64,000 nt of DNA from Octopus sinensis (Eukaryota): the NCBI RefSeq assembly GCF_006345805.1, contig NC_043016.1:2356001-2420000 (forward strand). The letters are read 5' to 3'. Below the pieces are notes generated by a model. It did no database searches. It saw only the letters and a program-made list of their open reading frames with translations, and was not told the DNA's origin. How positions within the stretch are numbered: the stretch's first letter is position 1; each line of letters begins with the position of its first letter. The position numbers were made by a program, and so were the translations under genes. Positions 26,739 through 40,863 of the stretch are shown piece by piece.

Positions 26739-26742
<4 letters not shown>
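26484..26742. repeat. Perfect 49-bp inverted repeat plus tail, in (TA)n
   Basis: 26636-26684 is the exact reverse complement of 26694-26742, with a 9-nt loop. Confidence 0.85.
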
Positions 26743-26803
<61 letters not shown>

Positions 26804-27316
26804 GTGTGTGTGTATGTATGTATACGCATCTCGACTTAAGACAGCTAGCTAAACAACCTTTCGCCCTGTAGACATTCTAGCCTGCATATATCTTTTTCTT
26901 TCCTTTTCTAGTACCATTCCTTTGTCTTAAACCCAATGTAACTTGACCCATCCGTGTCCTTCCATTCGCTTTACCCTACAATTCTTTTTGTATGAACAGT
27001 TATTTTTCTATATTTACAAATGTTTGCGATTCTTAAAGAAAGATAATAGTAATTGAAAATTGCACAAATGTTTTATTCCCTAACCAGACGATCATATAAC
27101 AACATTACAGCCAAAGATCTTTATCGAGACACAACTTTATGTATGGATATACCTGATGAAATTCAGACTGCAAAATTGATGCAACACAACATGTTGAACG
27201 GAGTTCCGCTCATCAGCGACAGTAGCAGGATGGATCGAAACCACCGTTGTTCAAAATAAATACCACTGTTGTTCAAGATTAATACCAAATCCATCTGCTT
27301 GTTACTTAAAAAGTTA

Positions 27317-27410
<94 letters not shown>

Positions 27411-27659
27411 TTGTGTGTGTGTATATATATCTATATGTATATATACACACACACACATATATATATTATACATATATACATACATATATGTAAATATATA
27501 TAGTCACTATGAGGATATTTAGTCTCCTTACAGGGATATTTTATCCAGGATACACTGGTTTAATGTATTGTAGATTGAAGTGATAATTCTTCGATGAATA
27601 TATTATATATTCGAGTATTCCAACGGATCATAATATAATCGTTGTATTGTCCCCTTGTA

Positions 27660-27763
27660 TACCCTGATGACTTTCCACCCAAGTTATTTTAAAATGCAAC
27701 ATTATATATTTATATATGTTTTGTAGTTTTGATTTTGGCTGCGAAATGAAACAATTATAGGTG
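27660..27763 (+). ncRNA. Degenerate hammerhead with long helix II
   Basis: TACC-CTGATGA-CTTTC..(long imperfect hairpin)..GAAAT-GAAA-CAATTA-TA-GGTG. Confidence 0.45.
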
Positions 27764-27819
27764 AATATGTTAATTAATAAATTAATTTGTATCCATTAGG
27801 TCTCTCTCCGTTTTCAAAC

Positions 27820-27887
<68 letters not shown>

Positions 27888-27950
27888 GTATATATTATAT
27901 ATATTACATACATATATTATTTACACACATTCATATCTATTTATATATCT

Positions 27951-28385
<435 letters not shown>

Positions 28386-29611
28386 CATGTATATATATAT
28401 ATATATGTATATATATGTATGTACGTATATATATATATATATACATATATACATATATATAGATATACATGTATATGCATAATATACGCATACATTCACG
28501 CATATAGTCAAACACAGACACCCTGTTACTATAGATTAACATCCAACACTATGTATAATAGACAGAAGTGTACATGTTGTCTTCATTTACAACATACTCC
28601 TGTAATCAAAGGAGGGATCATATTTCCTGTTATTAATTTGTTCTTGAAATATTCCCTTAACCATAGCCATGCTAAGAAGCGAATTTACCTAGAGTTTATG
28701 CAGTATTTGGTTTGTTTGGTTTGTTGTTATTCTAAGTAATATATGTACCAGTCCTGTAGTCTGAATTTTGTGAATTTGTAAATACTCAAAAGCTCTGAAA
28801 TTTAAATTATTTATTTTTCTGTATATTTATTTTTGTTTGTCTTTTCTTTTAATCATTTCTCTGGCATCTATTATTTTACTGTCTGATTCTGTTGCCAGTG
28901 CCCATATTCCGGTTGTCATTATTGTATACGTTTGATTTCTTCATTCCTTTTAGACTATGCCTAAACCAATATTTCGATTGTGAAGCCCTTCCTCTCCTCT
29001 TAGTGCCTTGCAGCAATATCAGCACGATAAACCTTGATCTATCAAGATCAATCTAGAATCTTTCTTCACATTTTCCTTATTACTCTTTTTCTCATGTGAT
29101 GCATTTTGTTTGGCTCATCAATTCTATGTACTTTCCAAGCGCACGCTGGGTGTTATCCGCTTATCCTTATTTCTTTAATAAAGATATTATCAATGCTCTT
29201 CATTAAATTTCCAATCTTCGGGATTGCCTTCCGATAATTTCTAACCTTGTCTATTAAAACTATATACTGTATTTAGTAACATCTCTAGTTTGTTTGGGTT
29301 TTTTATCCCCACCCACCTTTGTAGAATAAAACGCGAGACCGTCATCTTTATTTATATAAAGATGATTGATTGTTCATATGATAAGTGAAAATGTTTGCGC
29401 CCGGAAGAAAAAAATTGTGCCAGACAGTTCACTCGGGATATTCATCTTATAATAAGAGATGCGATTACTTTTTATAACTTCCTTTTGACACTATCTGCAA
29501 AATTTGTTTTTATCACTTACTCATAACGTTGGTGAGATATATTTGTCAATTCATCTGAATAGCTCAGAAGAGTTGCTTTTCAAAAGGACCAGTTCATGTC
29601 ATATATATGTA

Positions 29612-29643
<32 letters not shown>

Positions 29644-29661
29644 TGTGTATATATGTATATC

Positions 29662-29693
<32 letters not shown>

Positions 29694-29701
29694 ATGCATG
29701 C

Positions 29702-29734
<33 letters not shown>

Positions 29735-29736
<2 letters not shown>

Positions 29737-30245
29737 CAAAATAAGAAAATGGAGAAATACATCCAAATCAAATATCAATTACCAGATAATACCCAATCAC
29801 ATACTTTATTAAACCACCACATAAGAAACTTTACGGTCAAACATACTAATGTAGAACAAAACAGTGTACATAAAGGAGTGTACATAAAGGAGTAATGTTA
29901 TACAATAAGTACAATATGTATAAGAAAATATAAATATAAGTAAATATAAATATTTATATAGACTACATCTTACAGCTGTTTCGGCCATGCAGATAAGTAT
30001 ATCTCATTTTACTTATATTAGCCATTTATGGTAGGTCAATATGTAGTTATAAATGAGACATTTACATTTTGTATTATGAATTTGTGGTAAAACATTTTAC
30101 CTTTGCCCGTATAATACAGTAAATGAATTAATTGCATCGCAATTCTTAACATTCATGTATTAACTTTGTTGGGCACTTCAGTAGCAGTATATTGGATATA
30201 TGTTATCCCATGGAGCGTTGCAGTTACAACCCCTATCTCAATTTG
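29735..30245 (+). mobile_element. PLE terminus remnant (inverted pLTR part + tail)
   Basis: 29735-30062 matches 49820-50160 directly, and 30065-30245 is the reverse complement of 49645-49826. It carries the 3' half of the hammerhead (GAAACAGCTGTA on -). Confidence 0.75.
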
Positions 30246-30271
30246 TATATATATATATATATATATATTAT

Positions 30272-30317
<46 letters not shown>

Positions 30318-30346
30318 GCATATATATGTGTGTGTGTATATATGTA

Positions 30347-30570
30347 TACTCTTTTACTCTTTTACTTGTTTCACTCATTTGACTGTGGCCATGCTGGAGC
30401 ACCGCCTTTAGTCGAGCAAATCGACCCCAGGACTTATTCTTTGTAAGCCTAGTACTTATTCTATCGTTCTCATTTGCGAAACCGCTAGGTTACGAGGACG
30501 TAAACACACCAGCATCGGTTGTCAAGCGATGTTGTGGACAAACACAGCCACATACAAACAAACACGCACG

Positions 30571-30607
<37 letters not shown>

Positions 30608-30781
30608 CACACACACAAACACACACACATATATATATATACGACGGGCTTCTTTCAGTTTCCATCTACCAAATCCACTCACAAGGCTTTGGTCGGCCCA
30701 AGGCTATAGTAGAAGACACTTGCCCAAGATGCTACACAGTGTGACTGAACCCGGAACCATGTGGTTGCTAAACAAGCTACT
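30347..30781 (-). mobile_element. tRNA-SINE family A, interrupted; remainder of head at 32772-32803
   Basis: Full family A body. The head resumes as CAAGCTACTTACCACACAGC at about 32780. Confidence 0.85.
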
Positions 30782-32771
30782 TTATTTCATAAAAATTTGC
30801 CATAAAGGCATTACAGTTTTTGGACTTAATAGTCCATTACAAATATTAACATGCCAAAAATATTCAATATACAATCAACACTAGTTCATTTACAAATGAG
30901 GCGCTGGGCCTCTTACACTTTATTACAGTGAGGCTCTTCAACCTCTGGTCAATTTTTCACCTCAACGAGGTATTGAACCTCTTGCTACAGTTCTTACAAT
31001 TATTGAACTTAATAGTCAATAACATGCTATAATATACAATGAAATATTTAATATACAATCAACACTAGTCCATTTACAAATGAGGCGCTGAGCCGCTTAC
31101 ACTTTATAACATTGATAACTTTTCAACCCCTTGTCAATTTTCCACCTCATAATCGCTTGTGTCCGTGTATTCCGCCATAGCCCACGCTCCGTTTAAAATC
31201 AAGGCGGGGTCTGAGTTGGCGTCACCCAGTCACGCGCGATATTCTTCTTTTAGTCCCTTCAGCATCATAACCAGGCGCAACGTTATGACTTCCACAGCTA
31301 TCTGTGTGAAGGCCAAAGGTATTCCCCCTTAGTGTTCTTTCATTATCTTTTCTACCTCTATAAAAGAAGACCAACAGTTTCAGGTCCATCGGGTCCGGGT
31401 CGGTCAATTTTACCGTTGGCGGCACAATTCCCACCAATGGTGTCTCCCTCCCACCTCCGGTGGCACAACCAACGAAGCTCCGTGACACTCCGGCGTCATG
31501 TCTCCGACTGCCGGCAATGTCCCGTTCTCCTCCTCTTCCTCTTTTTTTTCTTCTCGTCTGGGGGAGGGTGCGTCTTTTCCGTGACCTGAAGATTCACCTT
31601 CACTCCCTCATCCCCAGGATCGTTCGGTGAGCACCCATTATTGCTCTCCTTCCTTTTGCGTCTCTTCGGCCGCCTTCATTCCCTCCTCTACAGAGGTCTC
31701 CGTCAACCGCTCCGAGACTTTGCTTTGCCCTTGTGAAGAGTTCGTTTTTATATGGCCAGTCTTCAAGCACTGATGACACTTGGGGGGGGGGCGTCCCTCA
31801 ATAATCACCGGATACTTAGACCCGGTGTTTCTCAAAAAATCTGGAAATACGAGACTTCCTGCTGACTCGGTCCATAGGGGCAAAACAGCTTTTGACCCCT
31901 CCCAGTCAGCCGCTGGCAGAATATTTACGCTGAGGAGCTTGGTGCTATTGCCACCGAGACCCCGGCGGATAGTATCTCCTATGCACTGGGGCTCAACTCC
32001 GGGTGGCAAGCCACAAACCCAAGCCCTGGTCAAACTCTTCCCACAATAAGTGGGAAGAAACAAAATTTCATTACCCCCAGGGCTGACTTGCAAATTCACA
32101 GGCCACTTCTGGGGAGTCAAACAGCAACCACACGGTTGCTTTTTTGACCCCCACCCCCCGAGTGATAAACTTAATCGCTGGCTTAAATTCTGCCAGCTCT
32201 CTTTCGATTATATCCTTTCTGAAAACGGCAATGACGTCGAGGGTCCTAGAGTAGGTCCTCAAAACCACCGTCTTACATTCAAGTTCTTTTAACCATTTTT
32301 TGGGTGGTGTAATTTCCCACTCCACCAACTTTTCATTGTTATTTGCCATGTTTATCTTTAAAGGACTCCAAAAATACAGTTGTTAAATTATAAAATAATT
32401 AAAGAGAAAGAAGGAAAGGGAAAATAGTCCAAGCAAAAGGAAGGAGAGAGAAAACAAAGGCCACTTGGTAATCCAGGTCAAAATTTAACACAATTGTAAA
32501 ATAGTTAAAACAATCACTCCAATTTTCTTCTATGTACTCCTTAACAGGAACAACACTATTTTCAAACAAAAATTTTGGCAGGATACGCCTACCAAACCAA
32601 TAATTTTCACAATTAAGTGAATAATATTTTCACTCAGCCTCAGGCAGACTAGAGTCTAGTGAGGACTTCTTGTTTGTAAAAATAATTTGCGACATACAAC
32701 AGGCCCTCACTAGACGAAAGAAAGTCTTACTGCTTCAGTGTCATACACAACTCTGGCCCGCACATGCGCAA
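30782..32771 (-). mobile_element. ORF1-only non-autonomous LINE (HAL1-like)
   Basis: Bounded by a 14/16 TSD (30766-30781 and 32772-32787). ORF1 has a degenerate zinc knuckle (CHQCLKTGHIKTN), there is no ORF2, the 3' UTR has an about 190-bp duplication, and it ends in AATAAA. Confidence 0.7.
31222..32349 (-). pseudogene. L1/Tx1-type ORF1 (gag-like) protein, frameshifted
   Basis: ORFs 32071-32349 and 31638-32120, plus an acidic/basic tail; VIIEGRPPPKCHQCLKTGH. Confidence 0.65.
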
Positions 32772-33143
32772 TGGTAAGCAAGCTACTTACCACACAGCTA
32801 CTCATATGTATATAATATATATAATATATATATATATATATTATATTATATATATATATATAGTATACATATATATATAAAATGGTCGAAATAAGGAGTA
32901 GATAGACAGCCGACAACTGATGAAGAGGCATTTCTCTCGTTTTTACGTATTTAACTAGTTTGCCTACGTATTTCATGTTGGTTACACAGTTGCTGACGTC
33001 CTGTACCTATATATGCATATATATGAGAGAGACAGAAAGGGATAGAGGGTGGGGAGAGAGACTAGTTTGATAAGTGCTAACGCAGGAAACTTCTGCCCTT
33101 TGACTCATTGTTTACTTCTTAATATTAGTATTAATATATGTAT

Positions 33144-33189
<46 letters not shown>

Positions 33190-33318
33190 TAAAAGGAATT
33201 CCAACCTTGTCTGATTTTCACGTTTTATTTACAATCTTATAATGATATATTATAAGATAATATATTATAATTGAATAAAATAAAATGAAATAGTAGAATG
33301 TTAAATATTCATTCTGAT

Positions 33319-33363
33319 TGAACTAGTACTTTCATGCATTGAATTCTGCAATCTTCGGGTTCA
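33319..33363 (-). ncRNA. Minimal hammerhead with CCGAAGA core
   Basis: Reverse complement reads TGAAC-CCGAAGA-TTGCAgaattcaaTGCAT-GAAA-GTAC-TA-GTTCA. A second copy lies at 34692-34736 (+). Confidence 0.75.
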
Positions 33364-33857
33364 TGTAGTAGTGTTGACAGTCATGCTTCACAATTTTTGA
33401 CTGTAGCAAGATGATTGATTCTGTGCTATAAATACAGCTGGGTAGGCTCCAGAGTGCTAGGTTTTGCAAACTGTATTCTGACCAATCAGTGTGTAGTATC
33501 ACTCAATTACTTAAGCTGATTGGTTGGTTGAGCTGATTGGTTTAGGCATCACGCTTTGTTGGACATGTCAAGAGTCCTGTATCTTGACCCTGGCCGAAGC
33601 AGCAATTGTTGGGTTATTTTTAGAAATGTTGTAAATATCCTTTGTGAGAGATTTTTATATTTTTATATTTCAATTGTCATCATCATCATTGTCAGCACCT
33701 AAATCATTGTTGCTAGTGGTGATGGTGGTGGCAATAGAACTTTTAACCCTACATAAGATAATTTTCCTGCTATCTTCATCTTGATCACCTTTAGTATTGT
33801 TGTTGTTGTTAGTGGTCATGGTCGTAGCAGTGGAAGTAATACCTCTAAGTATTATTA

Positions 33858-34665
33858 TTATTGCTTATTTAGCTTGGGTTCGAATTTATCAATAAAATTC
33901 TTTTCTCTGATTCTCCTCTCGATTTCACTTGGGCTGTGTAATTTGTAGAACGGAAATATTATATACATTTTCCGGCCACATATTGCTAGGTGGTTACTCA
34001 AAGGTATCTGACGGACCTCTGGGTCTCTAATCTGTTGCCGGTGTACACGTGAGCGTTCTAATAGTGCGTTTCCCGTCTGACCTACATATATTTCTTCACA
34101 ATTTGGGCATTTGATGCAGTAAATTAAATTTCTGCTTTTGCAGTTCATATTCGCGTTTGTGAATATTTTCCCGGTTTTGTGTTTATATATTGACCGGTAT
34201 GTATGAATTGGCATGTGCCACATCGGCTATCATTGCATTTAGATACCGTGAATGTTTGGTCTTTGTTGCTAAGGTCGAATTTTGCCTTTGTTAGTAATGT
34301 TTTCAAGTTTTTAGGCTGTCTTTTACTAAGCACCATAGCTCGATCCGTGATTATGTCTTTTAATTCATTACTTTGGGCAATGATTGGTAGGTTTGCTTTG
34401 GCAATGTTGAAGATATTCTGGTGACATGGGTTGTGTGTCACTATGAATGGTATGACTTGTTTTCCTCTTCCTTGGGTTGTCCTAAGTTGTTGTATGGGTA
34501 TTTTTATAGCCCGCTGTATGCCATTTTCTATAAGTAGAGATGGGTATTTTTGTTTGAGCAAAAGTTCTCTTAGTTCTATTAGGCGTTTGTTCCTGATATT
34601 TGCATCTTCTACAATGGTACAAATTCTTCTGGCTAGGCAGTATGGGATGTTACGTTTTGTAATGA
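33858..34665 (-). pseudogene. PLE RT thumb + linker + GIY-YIG endonuclease (one frameshift)
   Basis: NIPYCLARRICTIV, KRQPKNLK, CNDSRCGTC and NLIYCIKCPNCEEIYVGQT..HRQQI..H. Confidence 0.9.
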
Positions 34666-34886
34666 CTGTCATGACTGTCAACACTACTACATGAACCCGA
34701 AGATTGCAGAATTCAATGCATGAAAGTACTATTTCATTTTATTTTATTCAATTATAATATATTATCTGATAATATATCATTATAAGATTGTAAATAAAAC
34801 GTGAAAATCAGACAAGGTTGGAATTCCTTTTATTAATATATTCTTCTATACACAATCACACACACCCATATATATATGCATATATA

Positions 34887-34941
<55 letters not shown>

Positions 34942-35103
34942 CATATTTACATATATATATACAGAGAGGGGGAAGGAAGGAAAGTGGGAATTAGGTATAA
35001 TACATATATGTGTACATATAAGTAAATATATATGTATAGATGCATGTTTGCGTGTATATATATATAAATGTTTCTGTGTATATACACATTTATAAGTACA
35101 TGA

Positions 35104-35174
<71 letters not shown>

Positions 35175-35207
35175 ATATGTATACATATGTACTCATATAT
35201 ATAAATA

Positions 35208-35650
35208 CAGGAGTTGGACAAAATAATGGAAACACCTAGCATCATAGCATCATAATTGTGAAATATCTATAAAACCGTCAAAAGCTTGTTTATTTTTATG
35301 TTTCTTTTATTATTAGTTATGCTTAATATGCTTTGCTAAAATTGCTGTTTCTATTCAGATATCATCAGAAAAAGTGTAAATGAAATTCATTAAAATGACA
35401 GATCTATCAGACTTTCAAAGAGGTCAGATTGTTTGTGCTCGTATGGCAGGCACTAACATAACGAAAACAGCCGAAATGTTTAGAAATACTGTCTCGAAAG
35501 TAATGACATCCTTTGAGAAAGAGGGACAAACCTCCTCGTCGAAACAAATCTCCGGAAAAAGACCAAAACTTTCAGATACGGACCGTCGGACTCTTATGCG
35601 AATTGTTAGAAAGGATCACAAAAGTACAGCTCCCCAAATCACGGCAGATT
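35208..35650 (+). mobile_element. Tc1-like transposon, left end and N-terminal transposase
   Basis: TA|CAGGAGTTGGACAAAATAATGGAAACACC TIR; MTDLSDFQRGQIV..SGKRPKLSDTDRRTLMRIV. Confidence 0.85.
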
Positions 35651-35899
35651 GCAATATATTATCATGCTTCGTTAGAAATCAGGAGTCAGACCGATTATCC
35701 GGAATATCCTACGGCCTAGCCACATACCAAATTAGACGGTACTACAGGACAGTGATATTCCTTCGTCTATATTGGCAATTTCTTGCATTGTCATATATTC
35801 AGTTCTCTTAATCTTATATTCAGTTCTCTTAATCACTTCAATCTTGCATTGAAGTGTATTGTGTTTGAATGAAAGAGGGCGTTTGATGAGAGTGCAGCC

Positions 35900-37950
35900 T
35901 TATTCATTTTAAGATGCTTTTGCGCTTGTCCAGCATTAGTATCATACGGGTAAGGCTGCTTGGTAGCAGCCTTACCCATATTATCTAGTGTTGTACCTAG
36001 TGAGTAAGTTTCAAGAGCGTAGTGTACACTAAAAGCAGAAGCATTCGCATTTCTCTAGCGAGGGAAGGGACGCTATGTGCTGTAGGACCTCCGATATCAA
36101 AGCTGCATATGTATACGTAGGTTTGATGAAGGGTGTTTTAGAAACTCTATCAGTTGCCTGTACATTCAAGTCTCCTTTCGCCATGCGAATGATATTCAAC
36201 CATATTAAAGCCTGCCAAATCAGGCGCTACCTATTGTTGTAAGCGTTGCTCTCAGAACAAAAACAACCAAAAGCGATACCACGGCACATAACGATATTCC
36301 TTCTAATAGTTTCGTCAGTCCACCAATTAGCTGAGTCGTTAGAATGTTAGATTCCAAGAAATCAAATGTGGCTTACCATCGCCATTTTGCTCAAGTTGGG
36401 GACAGGTAACGGTCAACCTGCGATTGTTGTAAACCCTGCAGAAGGCGCCATGTGTTTTGAAAGAAACAAAACATCCTGTGAAGCACATTCGGTGTTCAGT
36501 GGGAAGTGAGGGTAAGTTGCCTGGATTAGATGTCCAATTCCACGAACTTTGCGTATGTATGCCAGGCATGTTCTTTCCTTTCTTGGCAAGCATCTATAGC
36601 TATATCGATCATTTCTGACACGTACCGTTGACGATATGAATTTAACAAAGGTGTTAGAAAATTGGTTGACGCATCTAACTGTTAATGTGGTTGAGATAGT
36701 GTATACCTGATACTAGACATAGTGGAGAAGGTGGTAAACAAATCTGGCTTTTCAGACTTTCTGAACAATTTAAATCATTCGAAAACTTTTGAAAATAGTA
36801 TATTTAACACCTGTTTCTAAAGTGGAAGGTTTTGTCCCAGAGTTTCAAGGTTGATCACTACAAATTTGCTCGGTGGTCAAAGTAAATGATTGCCCATAGG
36901 ATTCGTTTTAAATCAACAGTTAGTCACTGAATGGGGTCCGCGCTCTTTGTCTGTCTCACTGTCTCACTCTTTCTCTTTGTTGGAAGACATCCTATTCAAA
37001 TGCAGGAGGCTTCACAGCAATGGTGCAGAATAACACAAAGATCATGTATTTGCCAGCCTAAGGCATGCGCTTTGGCTTCCGAAAGGAACACATGTTCCAC
37101 TGACAGGCGACTCATCTGTCGCCAACTTGGCTGCCTAGAATGCCCTATGGTATGCCATGGTTCACGATACGTAGATTTCTGCAGAATGGTGAGCGGGTAT
37201 ATTTCCCTTTTATAAGACACGTTCTGTATCCCCTCCACGAAATAACTCCATTCTTGGAATGATCAGTAGTACTGGGTTAAAGGAAGACTAAAACTGGGGA
37301 TATGGGTTCTAGAATATAACTAGGCGCTCGCATCCATCTAGTATTCAAACAATGTTGTTGGTGGAATAACATTAGCTATTTATAAATGATTACTGGTGGG
37401 AAAGAGTAACAAAGTATTCAGAGAAAACCTAAGCATCGACAAAAAAAAAAGTCAACCAGCTGCTGTTGCCCAAATCTATGGAACAACCTTCAGAAAGTCT
37501 TGGCTAGGTCAGCACTTCATAGGTTGAGCCAAACTCTCCAGGTAAGGAAATAACCGACTCCTGAGCTTGTCTAAAATGCGTGTAGAGTGACAAAACCATT
37601 CTGCAGGCATATGTTCTGTGTTCTTCATCGTGTCATACAACTGCTTTCGCGTGTAACACAAAGCTTGCCAACTTAGCCTTTCTTTAATCGCGGACATCCC
37701 AAAGACTTAATTGATGACAGTGGCAAAAAAGGTTGTATGTGGACAAAATTGAAAGAACTGATGACAGACTTTCATCTTCGGCCAACTTCTGATCCACATT
37801 CTCGAGAAATGTCTTGTTATCGAGTTGTTGGAATGTGGATGAGAATATCGAAAATGAGTCGAGGAAATGAGCCCACGCACATCACACATCATGCACCTGG
37901 TGAGTACAGTAGGTAGAAGGCACTACCTTAGGTAGCCAAGGTAATACTGG
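35900..37950 (-). mobile_element. Heavily decayed Ty3/Gypsy-like pol (RT-RNaseH-integrase)
   Basis: Broken frames give LIFDILI (a YxDD-region-like remnant) and an integrase-like ALMVE..H (cf. NGMVERFH) in the expected order; many stops. Confidence 0.45.
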
Positions 37951-38344
37951 ATCTATGTGGTCCCCGAATTGTTCCTATGTAGCGGTCCTTCACTTTCGAC
38001 ATTATTATATTATTGCGTACCCTAAGTAAACCACTCACATTTCATTTCATAAGATTTTCATATAAACCCACACTTGTAATCCGATCATGTACTATCTTAC
38101 ACTATATGTTGTCCATGTGTTACTAATAAGTAAAAATCAATATTATTTTTCTTCCTTTTTCTTTCTTTCGTCATTAATCTTTTTTTATTGCGTACTCTCA
38201 CTACAAAATCGAGCGCAGCTCTCTTTATTTTGTACACCTACAATATTTTATTTCAACTTTGTATTTTCTATTGCATTGACAGTAATTTACGCATTATGTG
38301 TGAAATACCTAGTAGTGATATTTCCATCATGGTGTGAATATGTA

Positions 38345-38824
38345 TGTATTCATGAACTGATCTTGGAGGACCGTCGTAGAACAATTAACGAACTTGTCGC
38401 TATGACTGGTGTATCTTGAAGCTTCTGCAGACAAATTTTGAGAGAGGAATTGCGAATGAAAAGAGTTGCAGCAAAATTTGTGCCATTCTTGCTCAAGGAA
38501 GATCGAAAGCAGTCACGACTGAATGCGTTTCGTGAACTGAGAGGATAGTTGGAAGTTGATCCGAATATTTTTTAGGTCATCACTGGTGAAGAAAGCTAGG
38601 ACTACGGAATTTGTAAATGTGGAAGAGGTAAAGAGAAAAACGACGGAGGCGTTAAAAGGCATCACTTCGCAAGAGTTCTGGGATTGCTTCGAACTGTGAA
38701 AAACGCATCTGGACCAAAGCGTTGCTTCAAATGGAGAATACTTTGAAGGCAATAAAAGTGTAAAACATGTAGAACTAAGTGAATAAAATAATATTGCAAA
38801 ATTCCGATTTCTTTTGGGCACCTC
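38345..38824 (+). mobile_element. Mariner fragment, same family as 23034-24097
   Basis: ELILEDRRRTINELV, VAAKFVP and SNGEYFEG; right TIR AATTCCGATTTCTTTTGGGCACCTC. Confidence 0.85.
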
Positions 38825-39499
38825 CTTTTATAAGTTGTCTGTTTTCAGCCCTTCATACTGATTATTTCCATATTGCTATTTCGATATAAGTTTTTGCAGT
38901 TGATTTACAGCCTTAATAAGGAGAGTTCATTTGAGAAGAATTAGCAATCAAATTAGTACGGTAGCTGTTTTGGTTTTATCTCATAATCATTGTTCTCCTA
39001 ATCACGTGTTTTCATCCATTGTTTATGCTTTAAGCATTCTATCACGTCCATGTTTTTTCTATGAATTCTTTTATTTTGGTATATTTATTGTTAAAGACTT
39101 CATGAAATCGCATCCCTGCATTTTCAATCTTTTTAAAGAACTTACAATTACAACAAATGCTCATTTTCTTTGATTTTGAATACATTATGTTGTGATATGT
39201 GTTCTTCCCTTGCATAATATGTCTAGTTGGGAAATATATATATTTCTTTGATTTTGCGTTTTTTCTTTCATCGGAGAAAGGGTGCTACGTACACTCAGAT
39301 AATTATTGATTTACAGCCTTGATAAGGAGAGATCGTTTGAGAGGATTTGGCCGTCTATTTCCTGGCTGCCGAGGCATCACGGGAGGTAGGTCTGAGTGTG
39401 TCTATACTAACGAACACAATTTTTGGGATTGATAGCTACGATGTTACACCTTGCAACCTCTTGTATGACATATGCTGGTCATTCCGGTTTCTTCGGCAG

Positions 39500-40400
39500 C
39501 TGTCCGGTCGCCAACCCTTTGCTGCAACTCAGCTCAAGCGAAGTCCCGCTTGACAGCCGCCTCAAAGGCAGGATGCGCCATTTTTGTACAATTAAGAAAC
39601 GGCGAATAGGGAGGTAGAAGTTCCAGACTGATCCAAGGGTTGGCGTCAGCTGAGAGCTCGACACGAGCGTGTGGCCACGCATTGATGTAGATCAAGTAGA
39701 CAGATTTATCCGCTAGGAACACGTCGGCACATGCTCGAACTGTTTCCACCAAGAACTCCTCGAAAGAATTTCGTGTAACGGTATTGTTCGCAATGGAATG
39801 GTGAACCAAGTCGATTTCTCCCGACACCGCGAATGTGACGTTGCAGTTTTTCCTACGCTGACAGTAAACAGAAACGTCTCGAGGGGCTCGTCCAAAAGAC
39901 CGCCCGGTCCAAAAGTTGTACTCACATTCATCAATTAATACACAATGGCCGAAGATTCCTTCTTCCATGAACCAATGCACGTACTCATAACTCTTTTCCA
40001 GAGCTCTTGGGGCATTTCTTGCATCTGGGACATCTTCGGCCAACTTCATAGTTATCAACATCCCGTTTAGACTGCAGACATGGAACAGGTGGCTTTCGCG
40101 CAACGTTGCCTCTAAGTCCCTCTTCATGTTGAAGGATTGCGAGTGGGTTGGTATCAATAACCCCCTGAATCCTGGCTCTCATTTCCTCATCAACTTAACG
40201 TGGTTGGCACCTCCTCTGGGCAACTTGTGGCCTCCTCTTAAACAGTAGGTAGGTTGCTACTATGGATCGGGCAGTACTTCTTTTAATGCAAATGTGTCTG
40301 CCAGTAGGCAAAAGGTAATCGATTGATGCCCTCGAAGGCGCCAGCCACCCTTGCCCTATCTTCATCCGATATATGCATGTACCTTACGTGTGGTTCCATG
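39500..40400 (-). pseudogene. IS630/Tc1-superfamily transposase, decayed
   Basis: N-terminal ISDEDRARV; VLIDEC, a DNA..H-like INAWPH and LPPYSPFLN. Confidence 0.75.
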
Positions 40401-40820
40401 ATTACAAGTTGGTGCAAGAGAAAGGAATATAAAACGCAACTGATACTGACGGTTACGAATGTTGCAATGAAAAAGAATTTCGTGGACAGAAGAATCACGT
40501 AATTCCTTCTTTCTTGTTGCTATGACAACATAATAGAATTTGCATGACACAACGTCATGTAGACTTTTCGTTTTTAACATTCTCTTCTCAGAATGTGAGT
40601 AAAAACATACACATGCTAAATTAGTGCTAAATTGAATAAACTTAGAAATAAAACATTTCTAAATCTCTCAATAAAGTGATGGTATGTTATCAACTTAATA
40701 TGACAGTCCCATGAAAGGGAAGAATGCTACTGTTATTTAGCCCTAGGAAACACCGTTTCCTGTTGGCCTTGACAAATTCCATGTGTCTTTATGTTTACAA
40801 AGGGGAGATAAGTACCTCCA

Positions 40821-40863
40821 TCCAGAGATTAGTTTCAGAGTCATTGCTCATCATCAGTCTGGA
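40821..40863 (-). ncRNA. Minimal type I hammerhead ribozyme motif
   Basis: Reverse complement reads TCCAGA-CTGATGA-TGAGcaatgaCTCT-GAAA-CTAA-TC-TCTGGA. Confidence 0.75.

Larger units (their letters stand above)
33184..34840 (-). mobile_element. Penelope-like element, 5'-truncated with inverted pLTR
   Basis: 33184-33385 is the reverse complement of 34670-34840. Contains thumb/linker and GIY-YIG coding sequence, flanked by (TA)n. Confidence 0.9.

Noticed and set aside
32915-32950. CTGATGA motif followed by a small hairpin
   Set aside because: No GAAA, helix III or helix I in the required arrangement.
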